NCBI GenBank assembly: GCA_946402445.1
Contig: CAMIWN010000008.1
Coordinates: forward strand, 11,836 to 75,835
DNA: 64,000 bases
Direction: 5' to 3'
Origin: an uncultured Bacteroidales bacterium
GTDB lineage: Bacteria > Bacteroidota > Bacteroidia > Bacteroidales > F082
The notes beneath the pieces are model-generated. The model made no database searches. It was not told the DNA's origin and saw only the letters and a list, made by a program, of their open reading frames with translations. This document shows positions 8,468-18,052 of this stretch, one piece after another; within the stretch, counting starts at the first letter, position 1, and every line of letters begins with the position of its first letter. The position numbers and the translations under genes are program-made.

Positions 8468-9458
8468 GAATGTCACTTTTGCCAACCCCGCATTCCTTTG
8501 GGGACTTTTGTTGATCCCGTTGGCTATCGTATGGTATATCTTCCGCCACAAGAAGCAGGAAGCCTCGATGCGTTTCTCTGACATGAGAGGGTTCAATGAA
8601 CTTCCTAAAAGCTGGAGGGTCTATGCCCGTCATTTACTGTTTGTCATCAATATGGCGGCCTTGGCGTTGCTTCTTGTCGCTATGGCACGTCCGCAAAGCT
8701 CATCGACAAGCCAGAAGTCAAACATCGAAGGTATCGACATCATCCTGGCGCAAGATATCTCTGGCAGTATGCTGGCGAGAGATTTCAAACCCGACCGTTT
8801 GGAGGCCTCCAAGAAGGTGGCCGCTGAGTTCGTGGAGGGCAGGCCAGGAGACCGCATGGGCCTCGTGGTGTTTGCAGGTGAGTCATTCACCCAAGTGCCA
8901 CTGACCACTGATCACTCGGTGATGCTGAACATGTTGAAAGAATTGAAGAGCGGCATGATCGACGACGGCACCGCTATCGGCGACGGGCTGGCTACCGCCA
9001 TCAGCCGCCTTAAGGACAGCGAGGCGGTTTCAAAAGTCATCATCTTATTGACGGATGGCATGAACAACTCCGGCTCGGTGGATCCTTATACCGCCGCTGA
9101 GATGGCCAAGCTCTTTGGCATCCGCGTCTATACTATTGGGGTGGGTACCTACGGCAATGCCCCTTATCCCGTGCAGACCATCTTCGGTACTCAATACCAG
9201 CAAGTTAAAGTCGAGATTGATGAGAAGCTCCTGACTACCATCGCCAACAGCTCCGGGGGCAAGTATTACAGAGCTACTTCCAACCAGAAACTGGATGAGA
9301 TTTATGACGAGATTGACAAGCTGGAACGCTCTAAGATTGAGGTGATGGAATTCAAACGCCTTCATGAGGAGTTCTATCCTCTGGTGGCCTGGGCACTCGC
9401 TTTGCTGCTGCTGGGATTTATCTTACGGTTGACTGTTTTTAGAACGATTTCGGAATAG
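8460..9458 (+). CDS. batA: vWA-domain aerotolerance protein BatA
   Basis: N-terminal TM segments, a vWA MIDAS motif (DISGSM) and a C-terminal TM segment. Operon position fits. Confidence 0.85.
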   Translation: MFENVTFANPAFLWGLLLIPLAIVWYIFRHKKQEASMRFSDMRGFNELPKSWRVYARHLLFVINMAALALLLVAMARPQSSSTSQKSNIEGIDIILAQDISGSMLARDFKPDRLEASKKVAAEFVEGRPGDRMGLVVFAGESFTQVPLTTDHSVMLNMLKELKSGMIDDGTAIGDGLATAISRLKDSEAVSKVIILLTDGMNNSGSVDPYTAAEMAKLFGIRVYTIGVGTYGNAPYPVQTIFGTQYQQVKVEIDEKLLTTIANSSGGKYYRATSNQKLDEIYDEIDKLERSKIEVMEFKRLHEEFYPLVAWALALLLLGFILRLTVFRTISE

Positions 9459-10525
9459 TGGCTATGGAAAATGTTTTGAGATTTGAACATCCTGATTATC
9501 TGTACGGTCTGATTATTATACCAGTACTGATTATTCTCTATGTTTTGTTCCGCCTGCGTCAGGACAAGATTTTCAAGCGTTTTGCGGATTTGGGAATGAG
9601 AGACTTCCTGATTCCGCTGCGATCGGGGCGCAGGAGTGTTTTCAAATTCGTGGTGTTTCTGCTGATGATCACCTGTCTTATCCTTGGATTGGCCAACCTT
9701 CAGAGCGGATCCAAGATGGAAGAAGTGAAAAGGGAAGGCATTGACTTGTATATTGCTGTCGATGTCTCCAACTCCATGAATGCGCAAGATATCGTGCCGA
9801 GTCGTCTCGACAGGTCGAAGCAAGCCATCAACAATTTGATCAGTAGTTTGCAGGGCGACCGGATTGGCGTGATTGTCTTTGCCGACAAGGCTTTCGTGCA
9901 GCTGCCGATCACCACTGACTACGCCGCGGCGAAGATGTTCCTCTCCTCGGTTAACACGGGTAGTGTGGCATCGCAGGGCACTGCCATCGGTGAGGCCATC
10001 AACTTGGCGATGAAGTCATTCAATGATGACGAAAGGAGCAAGGCTATCATCATCATCTCTGATGGTGAAGACCACGAAAATGAAGCCGCTATGGATGCCG
10101 CGCGTGAAGCAGCCAAGAAAGGCATCCGCATCTTCACCATCGGCATGGGTCTCCCCGACGGAGCGCCGATCCCTGAATATAACCAGTATGGTAGGATGAT
10201 GGGCTATAAAAAGGATAAACAAGGCAACACCATCGTGACCAGACTCGACGAGGAGATGCTGCGCCGCATCGCCGATGTGGGCGGCGGCCTCTACGTGCGT
10301 GCCAATAACTCTAACGTGGGGCTGGAGAAAATCTATGACGACATCTCCAAGATGGACAAGAGCGAGATTGAGTCGAAGGTGTTTACCGACTATGAGGACC
10401 AGTTCCAGTGGTTTGTGGGTCCCGCCATCCTCATGCTGCTGTTGCTTGTCTTCATGTCTTCGAGCAAGAAAGCATGGGAGACGAAGTTTAATATCTTTGA
10501 AAGGAAAGGTGAGGATCATGAATAA
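9458..10525 (+). CDS. batB: vWA-domain aerotolerance protein BatB
   Basis: TM segments plus a vWA domain (DVSNSM MIDAS). The start is either GTG 9458, overlapping the batA TAG, or ATG 9464. Confidence 0.85.
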   Translation: MAMENVLRFEHPDYLYGLIIIPVLIILYVLFRLRQDKIFKRFADLGMRDFLIPLRSGRRSVFKFVVFLLMITCLILGLANLQSGSKMEEVKREGIDLYIAVDVSNSMNAQDIVPSRLDRSKQAINNLISSLQGDRIGVIVFADKAFVQLPITTDYAAAKMFLSSVNTGSVASQGTAIGEAINLAMKSFNDDERSKAIIIISDGEDHENEAAMDAAREAAKKGIRIFTIGMGLPDGAPIPEYNQYGRMMGYKKDKQGNTIVTRLDEEMLRRIADVGGGLYVRANNSNVGLEKIYDDISKMDKSEIESKVFTDYEDQFQWFVGPAILMLLLLVFMSSSKKAWETKFNIFERKGEDHE

Positions 10526-12146
10526 AATAGGATTGATAGGGTTGTTTTTGCTTGCGGTCATGGCTGTGCAGGCGCAAACGGTGGAGAAACAGATCCGCAA
10601 AGGCAACCGACAATATCGCAATGGTGACTTTACCGAAGCGGAGGTGCAGTACCGAAAAGCACTCGAAATCAAATCAACAAGCGCGGAGGCTCAGTTTAAC
10701 CTGGGTGACGCCTTGTACCAACAAGAGAACTACAAAGACGCCATGGAGGCCTTTCAGCGTGTGCTGGAGATGACTCCTGACTTCAAGCTGAAGTCCCAAG
10801 CAGTCTTCAACATGGGCAACTGCCAGCTGGTACAAGAACGGTATTACGACGCATTCAATTTATATAAGGTGGCGCTGAAGTTCAATCCCGACAACGCCGA
10901 TGCCTTGTATAACCTCGAGTATTGCCGCGCCCATTTAGTGAAGAGCCATATTTGGGTCAATCCGGCAATCCCTCATGGAACCGTGCAGGCCAGCGACGAT
11001 ATGGCTTTCAACGGACAGATGGTGACGCTGACCGCAAAGCCTGACGAGGAATATGCGCTGTCACAATATGTGGTGGTGAAAGCCGACGACCAGCAGGTGA
11101 CGGTCGATGTCAGTGGCAGCCGCTTCGAGATGCCGAAGTTTGATGTCGTGGTCACTGCCGAGTTTAAACTGTCACATAAAATCACTATCGACAATAAAAT
11201 CAGTCATGGTACCATCTCGGCTGACCGTACCAAGGCTATCGCAGGCCAACAGGTCACGCTGCACGCCCAACCTGAACCGAGTTATATGGTGGATGCCTAT
11301 TTCGTGACCCGTACCGGTAATCCCACTGACTCAGTGCCAGTGAACGACACGGTGTTCCAGATGCCCGACTTCGATGTCACTGTGTCGGCTCGCTTTAGAA
11401 CTGCCCTTAAGGTCAGCATTGATACCGTTTCGTATGGCGAGATTCAAGTGACCGACTCGCTGGCTTTGCCAGGACAAAATATCGGCATCATCGTGAAACC
11501 TGCCAGCGGTTACCAGCTCAACGAGCTGTATGTCGTGTGTGACAACGACCCGTCCACCACTGCGCCGGTGTCTGACATGAATGTCTTCCAAATGCCAGAT
11601 GATGACGTGACCGTGAAAGCCGTGTTCGGTGAGGCGCAAGATTATTATAAGGTGTCACCTGACACTCTGGTTGAAGGTGGACATGTGCTGCTCGATGTTG
11701 ACAAGGCGACAAGAGGAGAGACGGTGACGCTGAGAAACGCTCCCGAGCCAGGTTACCAGTTTAAGGAATACCAGATCCATCAGACTGGTGACACTGCGGT
11801 TCATGTGCAACCCCTGGGTAATTTCTTCACCATGCCGGGATTCGACGTGACTGTCAGCGCGGTGTTCGAGAAACAGGAGGGCGAGAACCAACAGCAGCAA
11901 CAACAGCAGCAGGAGCAACAAGAAGAACAAGAGCAGGAACAACAGCAAGAACAACAACAAAACCAACAAGGACAGCAGGATCAACAGCAACAGAACCAAC
12001 AACAGCAAAGCCCGCAAGAGATGTCGAAAGAAGATGTGCAAAGGATGTTGGACGCCTTGGAGAACCAGGAGAAGAAGACGATGGAGAAGGTGAATGAGCA
12101 GAAGATCCGCACGCAACCCAAACGGAAAACGGATAAGGATTGGTAA
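10518..12146 (+). CDS. batC: TPR-repeat aerotolerance protein BatC with four inserted ~77-aa tandem repeats and a poly-Q tail
   Basis: I place the start at ATG 10518 (MNKIGLIGLFLLAVMAVQAQT signal peptide), which overlaps the batB stop. The track start at 10275 lies inside batB. TPR region runs to ~10946. Repeats are at 10947-11177, 11178-11408, 11409-11648 and 11649-11876. The Q/E-rich tail covers ~11877-12012. Confidence 0.8.
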   Translation: MNKIGLIGLFLLAVMAVQAQTVEKQIRKGNRQYRNGDFTEAEVQYRKALEIKSTSAEAQFNLGDALYQQENYKDAMEAFQRVLEMTPDFKLKSQAVFNMGNCQLVQERYYDAFNLYKVALKFNPDNADALYNLEYCRAHLVKSHIWVNPAIPHGTVQASDDMAFNGQMVTLTAKPDEEYALSQYVVVKADDQQVTVDVSGSRFEMPKFDVVVTAEFKLSHKITIDNKISHGTISADRTKAIAGQQVTLHAQPEPSYMVDAYFVTRTGNPTDSVPVNDTVFQMPDFDVTVSARFRTALKVSIDTVSYGEIQVTDSLALPGQNIGIIVKPASGYQLNELYVVCDNDPSTTAPVSDMNVFQMPDDDVTVKAVFGEAQDYYKVSPDTLVEGGHVLLDVDKATRGETVTLRNAPEPGYQFKEYQIHQTGDTAVHVQPLGNFFTMPGFDVTVSAVFEKQEGENQQQQQQQQEQQEEQEQEQQQEQQQNQQGQQDQQQQNQQQQSPQEMSKEDVQRMLDALENQEKKTMEKVNEQKIRTQPKRKTDKDW

Positions 12147-12149
12147 CAA

Positions 12150-12183
12150 ATTAAGAATTTAGAATTAAGCATTTAGAGGGAGC
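12150..12183 (+). repeat. Heptamer array ATTAAGA-ATTTAGA-ATTAAGC-ATTTAGA followed by GGGAGC
   Basis: Begins 4 nt after the batC stop. Same architecture as 6446-6479. Confidence 0.8.
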
Positions 12184-12204
12184 CCTTTTGAGGGTTGGAT
12201 AAGG

Positions 12205-14085
12205 ATGAAAAAAATAAGAATTATTGGATTATTGATGGCACTTTTGGTGCTGGGTGGGGCTTATGCGCAGGATGCCACCCTTAAGGTGTCGGCGAAACGT
12301 CAGGTATCGGTGGGAGAACAATTCCGTGTAGCCTTTGAGGCAAATGCGGATGGGAAGAAATTCTCCGCTCCTTCTTTTGAAGGCTTTTCTGTTGTCGGAG
12401 GCCCTTTTAACTCCACGAGTTCGAGTGTTCAGATTGTAAATGGCTCTATGACGCGCAGCGTCAGCAACACCTACACCTACGTGCTGCGTGCTGAGAAGGA
12501 AGGAAACTTCACGATTGGCCCCGCTTCCTACGTGGTGGATGGCAATAAGGTCGAAAGCGAGCCGTTCTCCATCACCGTCGTTCCCGGGGATCCCAATGCC
12601 GGTGCCTCTGCCCAGGGACCTTCCCAAGGGTCGCAACAAGGGTCTTCCTCCACACATAACACCGATGATCCTCAGGTGAGCGGTAAGGACTTGTTCTTGA
12701 AACTCATCCCCTCTAAAAGGTCGGCTTATGTGGGTGAGCCTGTGGTGTTGACTTACAAGCTCTATACCCGCCTGCCCGTGTCCCAACTCTCGGTCTCCAA
12801 GATGCCTTCCTACGCTGGCTTCTGGATGAAAGAGATCAACGACAACGGCAACATCCGTCAGTCGTCTGAAGTGGTCAACGGTATCGAGTATTCCACCGCC
12901 GAAGTGAAAAAGGTGGTCGTGATCCCCCAGAAATCAGGTAAGCTGACTGTTGAACCGATGGGTATCGACTGCATCGCACAAATACAAACCCAACGTCAGC
13001 CACGGCACAGCAACGACCCGTTCGACATCTTCTTCAATGATCCTTTCTTCAACCGTGGCTATACCAATGTCCAAAAGACGTTGACTTCTTCTACGGTTTC
13101 ATTGGATGTCAAAGCACTTCCGGTGGATGGCAAGCCCGACAGCTTCTCGGGTGCCGTGGGTAATTATAACTTCTCAGCGGCAATCGACCGCACAGAGTTA
13201 AGCACCAACGAGGCGGCCACGTTTACCGTCACCGTCTCTGGCAGCGGTAATCTTGAGTTGCTCAACATGCCTGCGCCCGTGTTCCCTCCCGACTTCGAGG
13301 TGTATGACCCCAAACTCTCCTCTTCAGTGGATGCCAACAGCAATGGTATGAATGGCACCAAAAAAGCGGAGTATCTGGTAATCCCACGAAGGGCTGGCAA
13401 CTTCAGCATCCCGGCCGTGGAGTTCTCATTCTTCAACCCCGCTAAAGGCCAATATGTCACCCTGCATTCCGCTCCCATGGAACTCAGTGTGGCTAAAGGC
13501 ACAGGAGGAGACTCAAACGAAGGCGGTGTGTATGCCACCACGCAGGAAGGCATCAAATATTTGGGAAGCGACATCCGCCATATCATGACAGATTCATCAT
13601 CCTTGCGTCCCGTCAACACCCACTTCTTCGCTTCAATGGCTTATTTCGTGGTGATGGCCGCGCTGCTGCTGCTGTTTATCTTGGCCTTGATCATCGTCAG
13701 GAAACGCAGACTGTATAAACAAGATGTGGTCTTAGTGCGCAACCGTCAGGCTACCAAAGTCGCTAAGGGCAGGCTGAAGAACGCCCACGGGTTCCTGAAA
13801 GCGGGCGACCAAAACCATTTCTATGAGGAGATGTCGCAAGCCTTGTGGGGCTATATCTCTGACAAACTCGGGATTGAGCGTTCTGTGCTTTCCATGGATT
13901 CTGTGAAACAGGCCATGATGGCTAAAGGCATGGATGAGGCCTTGTCAGATCAGTTTGTTGACACCCTCAACACTTGTGAGTTCGCTCGCTTCGCTCCTGG
14001 TGACGCGGCTTCTAAGATGGAAGACCTTTATAATAAAGGACTCAATGCAATCATGAGCGTGGAGAACGCGGAGGTTAGGATTTAA
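12205..14085 (+). CDS. batD: Oxygen-tolerance protein BatD
   Basis: 626 aa, with a signal peptide, a large extracytoplasmic region and one C-terminal TM segment (FFASMAYFVVMAALLLLFILALIIV). Operon position fits. Confidence 0.8.
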   Translation: MKKIRIIGLLMALLVLGGAYAQDATLKVSAKRQVSVGEQFRVAFEANADGKKFSAPSFEGFSVVGGPFNSTSSSVQIVNGSMTRSVSNTYTYVLRAEKEGNFTIGPASYVVDGNKVESEPFSITVVPGDPNAGASAQGPSQGSQQGSSSTHNTDDPQVSGKDLFLKLIPSKRSAYVGEPVVLTYKLYTRLPVSQLSVSKMPSYAGFWMKEINDNGNIRQSSEVVNGIEYSTAEVKKVVVIPQKSGKLTVEPMGIDCIAQIQTQRQPRHSNDPFDIFFNDPFFNRGYTNVQKTLTSSTVSLDVKALPVDGKPDSFSGAVGNYNFSAAIDRTELSTNEAATFTVTVSGSGNLELLNMPAPVFPPDFEVYDPKLSSSVDANSNGMNGTKKAEYLVIPRRAGNFSIPAVEFSFFNPAKGQYVTLHSAPMELSVAKGTGGDSNEGGVYATTQEGIKYLGSDIRHIMTDSSSLRPVNTHFFASMAYFVVMAALLLLFILALIIVRKRRLYKQDVVLVRNRQATKVAKGRLKNAHGFLKAGDQNHFYEEMSQALWGYISDKLGIERSVLSMDSVKQAMMAKGMDEALSDQFVDTLNTCEFARFAPGDAASKMEDLYNKGLNAIMSVENAEVRI

Positions 14086-14106
14086 ATTAACAATTTAGAA
14101 TTTAGA
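14086..14106 (+). repeat. Heptamer array ATTAACA-ATTTAGA-ATTTAGA
   Basis: Fills the batD-batE spacer. The preceding GGTTAGG-ATTTAA already lies within the last batD codons. Confidence 0.7.
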
Positions 14107-14109
14107 GTT

Positions 14110-14886
14110 ATGAAGAAGTATATGAAAGCAGTCATCTTGTTGCTGATGCTTGGAATGGTGAATGGATGTTTCGCACAATCCGAAACAGCCTCTTATCATG
14201 AGTGGATGAATGAAGGCAACACAGCCTATAATGACGGCGACTTTGAACTAGCCGTGGCCAAATATAATCAGGTGATGGAGGCGGGACTGGAGTCGGCTCC
14301 CTTGTATTTTAATACGGGAAACGCCTACTATAAGATGAAAGACTTCCCACACGCCATCTTGTTTTATGAAAAGGCCTTGAAGTTGGATCCAGGCAACGAG
14401 GATATCAGGACCAACCTGGAGATTGCCAACAAGGCTGTGGTTGATAAGATAGAGCAGCTGCCCCAGTCGTTTATCGCCCGTTGGTGGGACAGCCTTAAGA
14501 CTCTGTTTCCCGTCGATGGTTGGGCTTGGGTGAGCGTGATAGCCTTTGCCTTAGTGCTGCTGTCGTTGTTCGCCTTCTTGATGTCAAGGAGGATGGGGTT
14601 GCGAAAGACCGGTTTTTTTGCAGGTATCCTCTTCATCGTGGTGTTAGCCTTATCGTTGTTCTTCGCTATCCAAAACTATCAAGACGCCCGTCATAAGGAT
14701 GAAGCCATCGTGATGACCTCTACGGTCATGGTGAAAAGCTCGCCCAGCGTGTCCAGCGTCGATTTGTTTGTGCTTCATGAAGGTGCCAAAGTGCGAATCC
14801 TTGACGCCAATGAGGAATGGAACAAGATTAAAATTGCCAATGGTAGTGTGGGTTGGATTCAGATAAAAGACATTGCCGCTTTCTAA
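14110..14886 (+). CDS. batE: TPR plus SH3-like aerotolerance protein BatE
   Basis: Signal peptide, TPR repeats (GNTAYNDGDFELAV..., GNAYYKMKDFPHAILFYEKALKLDP), two TM segments and a C-terminal SH3b-like end (WNKIKIANGSVGWIQ). Confidence 0.75.
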   Translation: MKKYMKAVILLLMLGMVNGCFAQSETASYHEWMNEGNTAYNDGDFELAVAKYNQVMEAGLESAPLYFNTGNAYYKMKDFPHAILFYEKALKLDPGNEDIRTNLEIANKAVVDKIEQLPQSFIARWWDSLKTLFPVDGWAWVSVIAFALVLLSLFAFLMSRRMGLRKTGFFAGILFIVVLALSLFFAIQNYQDARHKDEAIVMTSTVMVKSSPSVSSVDLFVLHEGAKVRILDANEEWNKIKIANGSVGWIQIKDIAAF

Positions 14887-14929
14887 AACAGCCTGCAATC
14901 TGTTAAATTGTTTTAAAAAAGCAAAAAAA

Positions 14930-14961
14930 ATTCTTCCAAAGTAATTTTTCTTTGGAAGAAT
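14930..14961 (+). terminator. Terminator of the Bat operon
   Basis: Perfect 12-bp stem ATTCTTCCAAAG / CTTTGGAAGAAT with an 8-nt loop, followed by GTTTT. Confidence 0.75.
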
Positions 14962-14965
14962 GTTT

Positions 14966-14973
14966 TATATTTG
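14966..14973 (+). promoter_or_regulatory. -7 box TATATTTG
   Basis: TAnnTTTG match 73 nt upstream of ATG 15046. Confidence 0.45.
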
Positions 14974-15045
14974 CAGACTAATCTTTAGTAGTGTAATTAG
15001 TGTTATTATTTGTAAATATCTGAAATTCAATCAAAATTACGTAAT

Positions 15046-17985
15046 ATGAAGAAAAGATTTTTACCTATCAGTTTACTTTTGGTAATCATGATCTTGGGTC
15101 AGTCTGTCATGGCCGACCAAGGCGGCCATTATGTGCCTCGAGCAAAAGAAACCGCTTCCGCAGTGTCGGAGCTTAACCTTATGCGTGTCAATCAGCACAC
15201 GGGTATGATTGACCCTGCTTGGATGATTCAAGCCTCACAGCAAGCCGCTGCTTTGAGCTCAAAGGAAGACGGCGATCTCTATTGGCGTTCAATGGGTCCT
15301 GTGAACATGGGTGGTAGAACCACTGCAGTTTTGTACAACAACCAAAACCCGAATGAGGTTTATATCGGTTCGATGGGTGGTGGCGTGTTCTATACTTGGA
15401 ACAAGGGCATCACATGGCATCATGTTGGTGAGGAATTGATGGTCAGCTGCATGGCCCAAGCCGAAGACGGTACCATTTATGTGGGTACTGGTGATGGCGG
15501 CAGCGCTGTGAATTACAACGGTATGGCCGACCTGTCATACGCTAACAGTTTCGTTGGCACAGGTCTTTACGCAATCAAAAACAACAAGATGTCACGCGTG
15601 GAAAGCACCATTCCTTCCACCCTCAGTGATGTTGATGATTGGAGCTTTATCAATGATATCGCTGTGGATGGCAACAGAATCATCGTGGCCACCAATGCTG
15701 GTGTGAAATATCTCTCGCTGGCTAACATCAACGATCCCAATGCTGTTTGGCAAACCGCCAAAGATAAGGCTGGTGCTCCTATCACCGATAATGCCGCTGC
15801 CGTGAAGGTTACCGCTGATCACAAAGTGGTTGCTTCTGTTCAGGGTGCTTTGTACATTGGTGCCCTTGATGCCATGACTCTTCATTCACAGGCCGAGATT
15901 CATTATAATGAAGCTAACATGATTGACTCTCTCGCAGTGTCCGAATGCATTCTTGACATCGCTGTGGCTCCGTCAGATGCTAATGTGATTTATGCCGCTG
16001 ATGTCAATTTGGAGGGCAAACACAATTACATTTACCTCTCAGAGGACCAAGGCGAAACTTGGCGTGTGATCTTAAACGCTGTCAATGGTGACATCGGACA
16101 TCAAGTCTATGAGTCCTGGGGCATGTTCAACCATGGCCTCGTGGTCGCTCCCAATAATGCGTATAGCGTTTTTGTCTTGAGTTATAACCTCTGGCGTTTG
16201 GATAGACCCGCTAATGATCCGCAAGCTTACTATCTTGCCATCAAGTTAACCGATGGTAACACTGGCAGCTTCTTCTTGAACAACTATGTGCATGTGGGTC
16301 TCAATGCCATGGCTTTCAATCCCAGAAACAACAATCAAGTTTATATCGGTACGGATGGCGGTGTCTTCAAAGGCCAGTTCGATGCTTCTATGTATATGAC
16401 TTTTGAGAACTGCAACAGAGGTTACATTTCAACCCGTTGCTTCAACGTGGCTCCTACCGGCATCGTGAACAGCGTTGTCGCTGGCCTGTTGGATTTCGGT
16501 CCGGTTTATCTGGATGGCGTTGAGGATCAAAAAGCTGTCCCGTTGTTCCCCTACAACAGCCCCTCTTATTATGGCAATTTCGATGACACTTGCCACGCAG
16601 GTCCTTGCGCTGCCTCTACCATCGATCCTTTGAAGTTGTTCCTGGTTTGCAAAGACGGTCGTATCGTTCGTACTGAAACCGGTGGTGTTGACTATGACCA
16701 TACCAACTTCAATGCCAATCAAAGCTTCAGCTTCACGGGCTTCCGTATGCCTATCGCCCTTTGGGAAAGCTACAACTATGAAAACAGTGTGGATTCTGTT
16801 TGGTTCAAGTGCAAGCAGAATGTTGGTCCTGGCGATCAAATCCAATGCCGTAGCCATAACAGCTCATACCCCTTCTATTCAGTGGCTATTGACTCGATGC
16901 ATTTCAATGACTCAATGCCTCAATTCAGTGACTCCCTGCTGGTGAAAGACCCGATCGCTACCAAATTCTATGTTGCTGACGGTAGCGCCCTCTATTACAC
17001 CATGATGGGCTTGGTGTTCAACAAACCCACTGAATGGTATAAATTAGCCACTCTCGATGCCGCTGCTTCATGCATCACCGTGAGCGCTGATGGCGATATG
17101 GTGCTTGTCGGTACCAGAAACGGTAAACTGATCCGTGTCACCAACATGTTGGCTGCTTATGATTCCCTTACCTCTACACCTACTTCAGATCTCTTCGCTC
17201 CTGAAGTGTCTGTCATTGACCTGAATGTTGATGGTCAATGTGTCACCAGTGCGGCTATCTCCAACGATAATAAAAAGGTTGTGGTGACTCTCGGTAACTA
17301 TGGTAATGCTAACTATGTGCTCTATTGCAACAACGCTTTGGCTGAGACGCCTAACTTTGTCGCTAAGCAGGGTGCCCTTCCTGCGATGCCTGTCTATTCC
17401 AGCATCTTCGAAATGACCACTGGTGATGTGATCATCGGTACTGAGCATGGTATCTATAGAACTACCAATATCGAAGGCATGCCTGTTTGGGTTGCCCAAG
17501 GTACCAATGTTGGTGATGTTCCAGTGATGGAAATGAAACAACAGACCCTCTTCCAGGAAACTCAGTATGTGCCTATGATTGTTGATACTTTGGTGATTAT
17601 GACTCCTGTTGAGGGTGTCCACAATCAAGGTGTCATCTATGCCGCTACCTACGGCAGAGGCCTCTTCCGTTGCGAGAACTACCGTCTGAACAGTGGCAGC
17701 AGCGTTCCTGAGATGCCTGTTGCTGAGACCAAGACCTCAGTCACTATGTATCCTAACCCGGTTCGCGATGCCGCCAAGGTGTCCTTCGAACTGAACCAGA
17801 ATTCGAATGTGTCATACCAAGTGTTCGACCTCATGGGCCGTATGGTGGGCAACCAGAATCTGGGTAACTTCTCCGAGGGTGCTCACGAGATTAACGTTGA
17901 GGTGAGCGGCTTGTCGTCAGGCTCCTATATCCTTCGCCTGAATGCTGGCCAGAACACCTCAAGCGTGAAGTTCATGGTGTATTGA
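15046..17985 (+). CDS. Secreted BNR/Asp-box (sortilin/GH74-like beta-propeller) protein with T9SS C-terminal sorting domain
   Basis: Signal peptide. Asp-box SEDQGETW at nt 16039-16062. The C-terminal ~80 aa are a typical Por/T9SS CTD (MYPNPVRDAAKVSFEL...GSYILRLNAG...VKFMVY). Confidence 0.7.
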   Translation: MKKRFLPISLLLVIMILGQSVMADQGGHYVPRAKETASAVSELNLMRVNQHTGMIDPAWMIQASQQAAALSSKEDGDLYWRSMGPVNMGGRTTAVLYNNQNPNEVYIGSMGGGVFYTWNKGITWHHVGEELMVSCMAQAEDGTIYVGTGDGGSAVNYNGMADLSYANSFVGTGLYAIKNNKMSRVESTIPSTLSDVDDWSFINDIAVDGNRIIVATNAGVKYLSLANINDPNAVWQTAKDKAGAPITDNAAAVKVTADHKVVASVQGALYIGALDAMTLHSQAEIHYNEANMIDSLAVSECILDIAVAPSDANVIYAADVNLEGKHNYIYLSEDQGETWRVILNAVNGDIGHQVYESWGMFNHGLVVAPNNAYSVFVLSYNLWRLDRPANDPQAYYLAIKLTDGNTGSFFLNNYVHVGLNAMAFNPRNNNQVYIGTDGGVFKGQFDASMYMTFENCNRGYISTRCFNVAPTGIVNSVVAGLLDFGPVYLDGVEDQKAVPLFPYNSPSYYGNFDDTCHAGPCAASTIDPLKLFLVCKDGRIVRTETGGVDYDHTNFNANQSFSFTGFRMPIALWESYNYENSVDSVWFKCKQNVGPGDQIQCRSHNSSYPFYSVAIDSMHFNDSMPQFSDSLLVKDPIATKFYVADGSALYYTMMGLVFNKPTEWYKLATLDAAASCITVSADGDMVLVGTRNGKLIRVTNMLAAYDSLTSTPTSDLFAPEVSVIDLNVDGQCVTSAAISNDNKKVVVTLGNYGNANYVLYCNNALAETPNFVAKQGALPAMPVYSSIFEMTTGDVIIGTEHGIYRTTNIEGMPVWVAQGTNVGDVPVMEMKQQTLFQETQYVPMIVDTLVIMTPVEGVHNQGVIYAATYGRGLFRCENYRLNSGSSVPEMPVAETKTSVTMYPNPVRDAAKVSFELNQNSNVSYQVFDLMGRMVGNQNLGNFSEGAHEINVEVSGLSSGSYILRLNAGQNTSSVKFMVY

Positions 17986-18011
17986 TCTTATCTGAATCAA
18001 TAGTTAAAAAT

Positions 18012-18040
18012 GGGGAGGTGAAAGCCTCCCCGTTTTTTTT
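18012..18040. terminator. Bidirectional terminator between convergent genes
   Basis: GGGGAGG, loop TGAAAG, CCTCCCC, then a T-run. An A-run precedes the stem. Confidence 0.75.
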
Positions 18041-18052
18041 TGTTTTATTTTT

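Noticed and set aside
11877-12012. The poly-Q/E coding tract in batC, considered as a possible assembly artefact or frameshift hotspot.
   Set aside because: The reading frame stays open and continues into a conserved-looking basic C-terminus (…KIRTQPKRKTDKDW). The tract is an imperfect CAA/CAG/GAA mix rather than a pure homopolymeric repeat. It is treated as genuine low-complexity coding sequence, and strain length variation remains possible.
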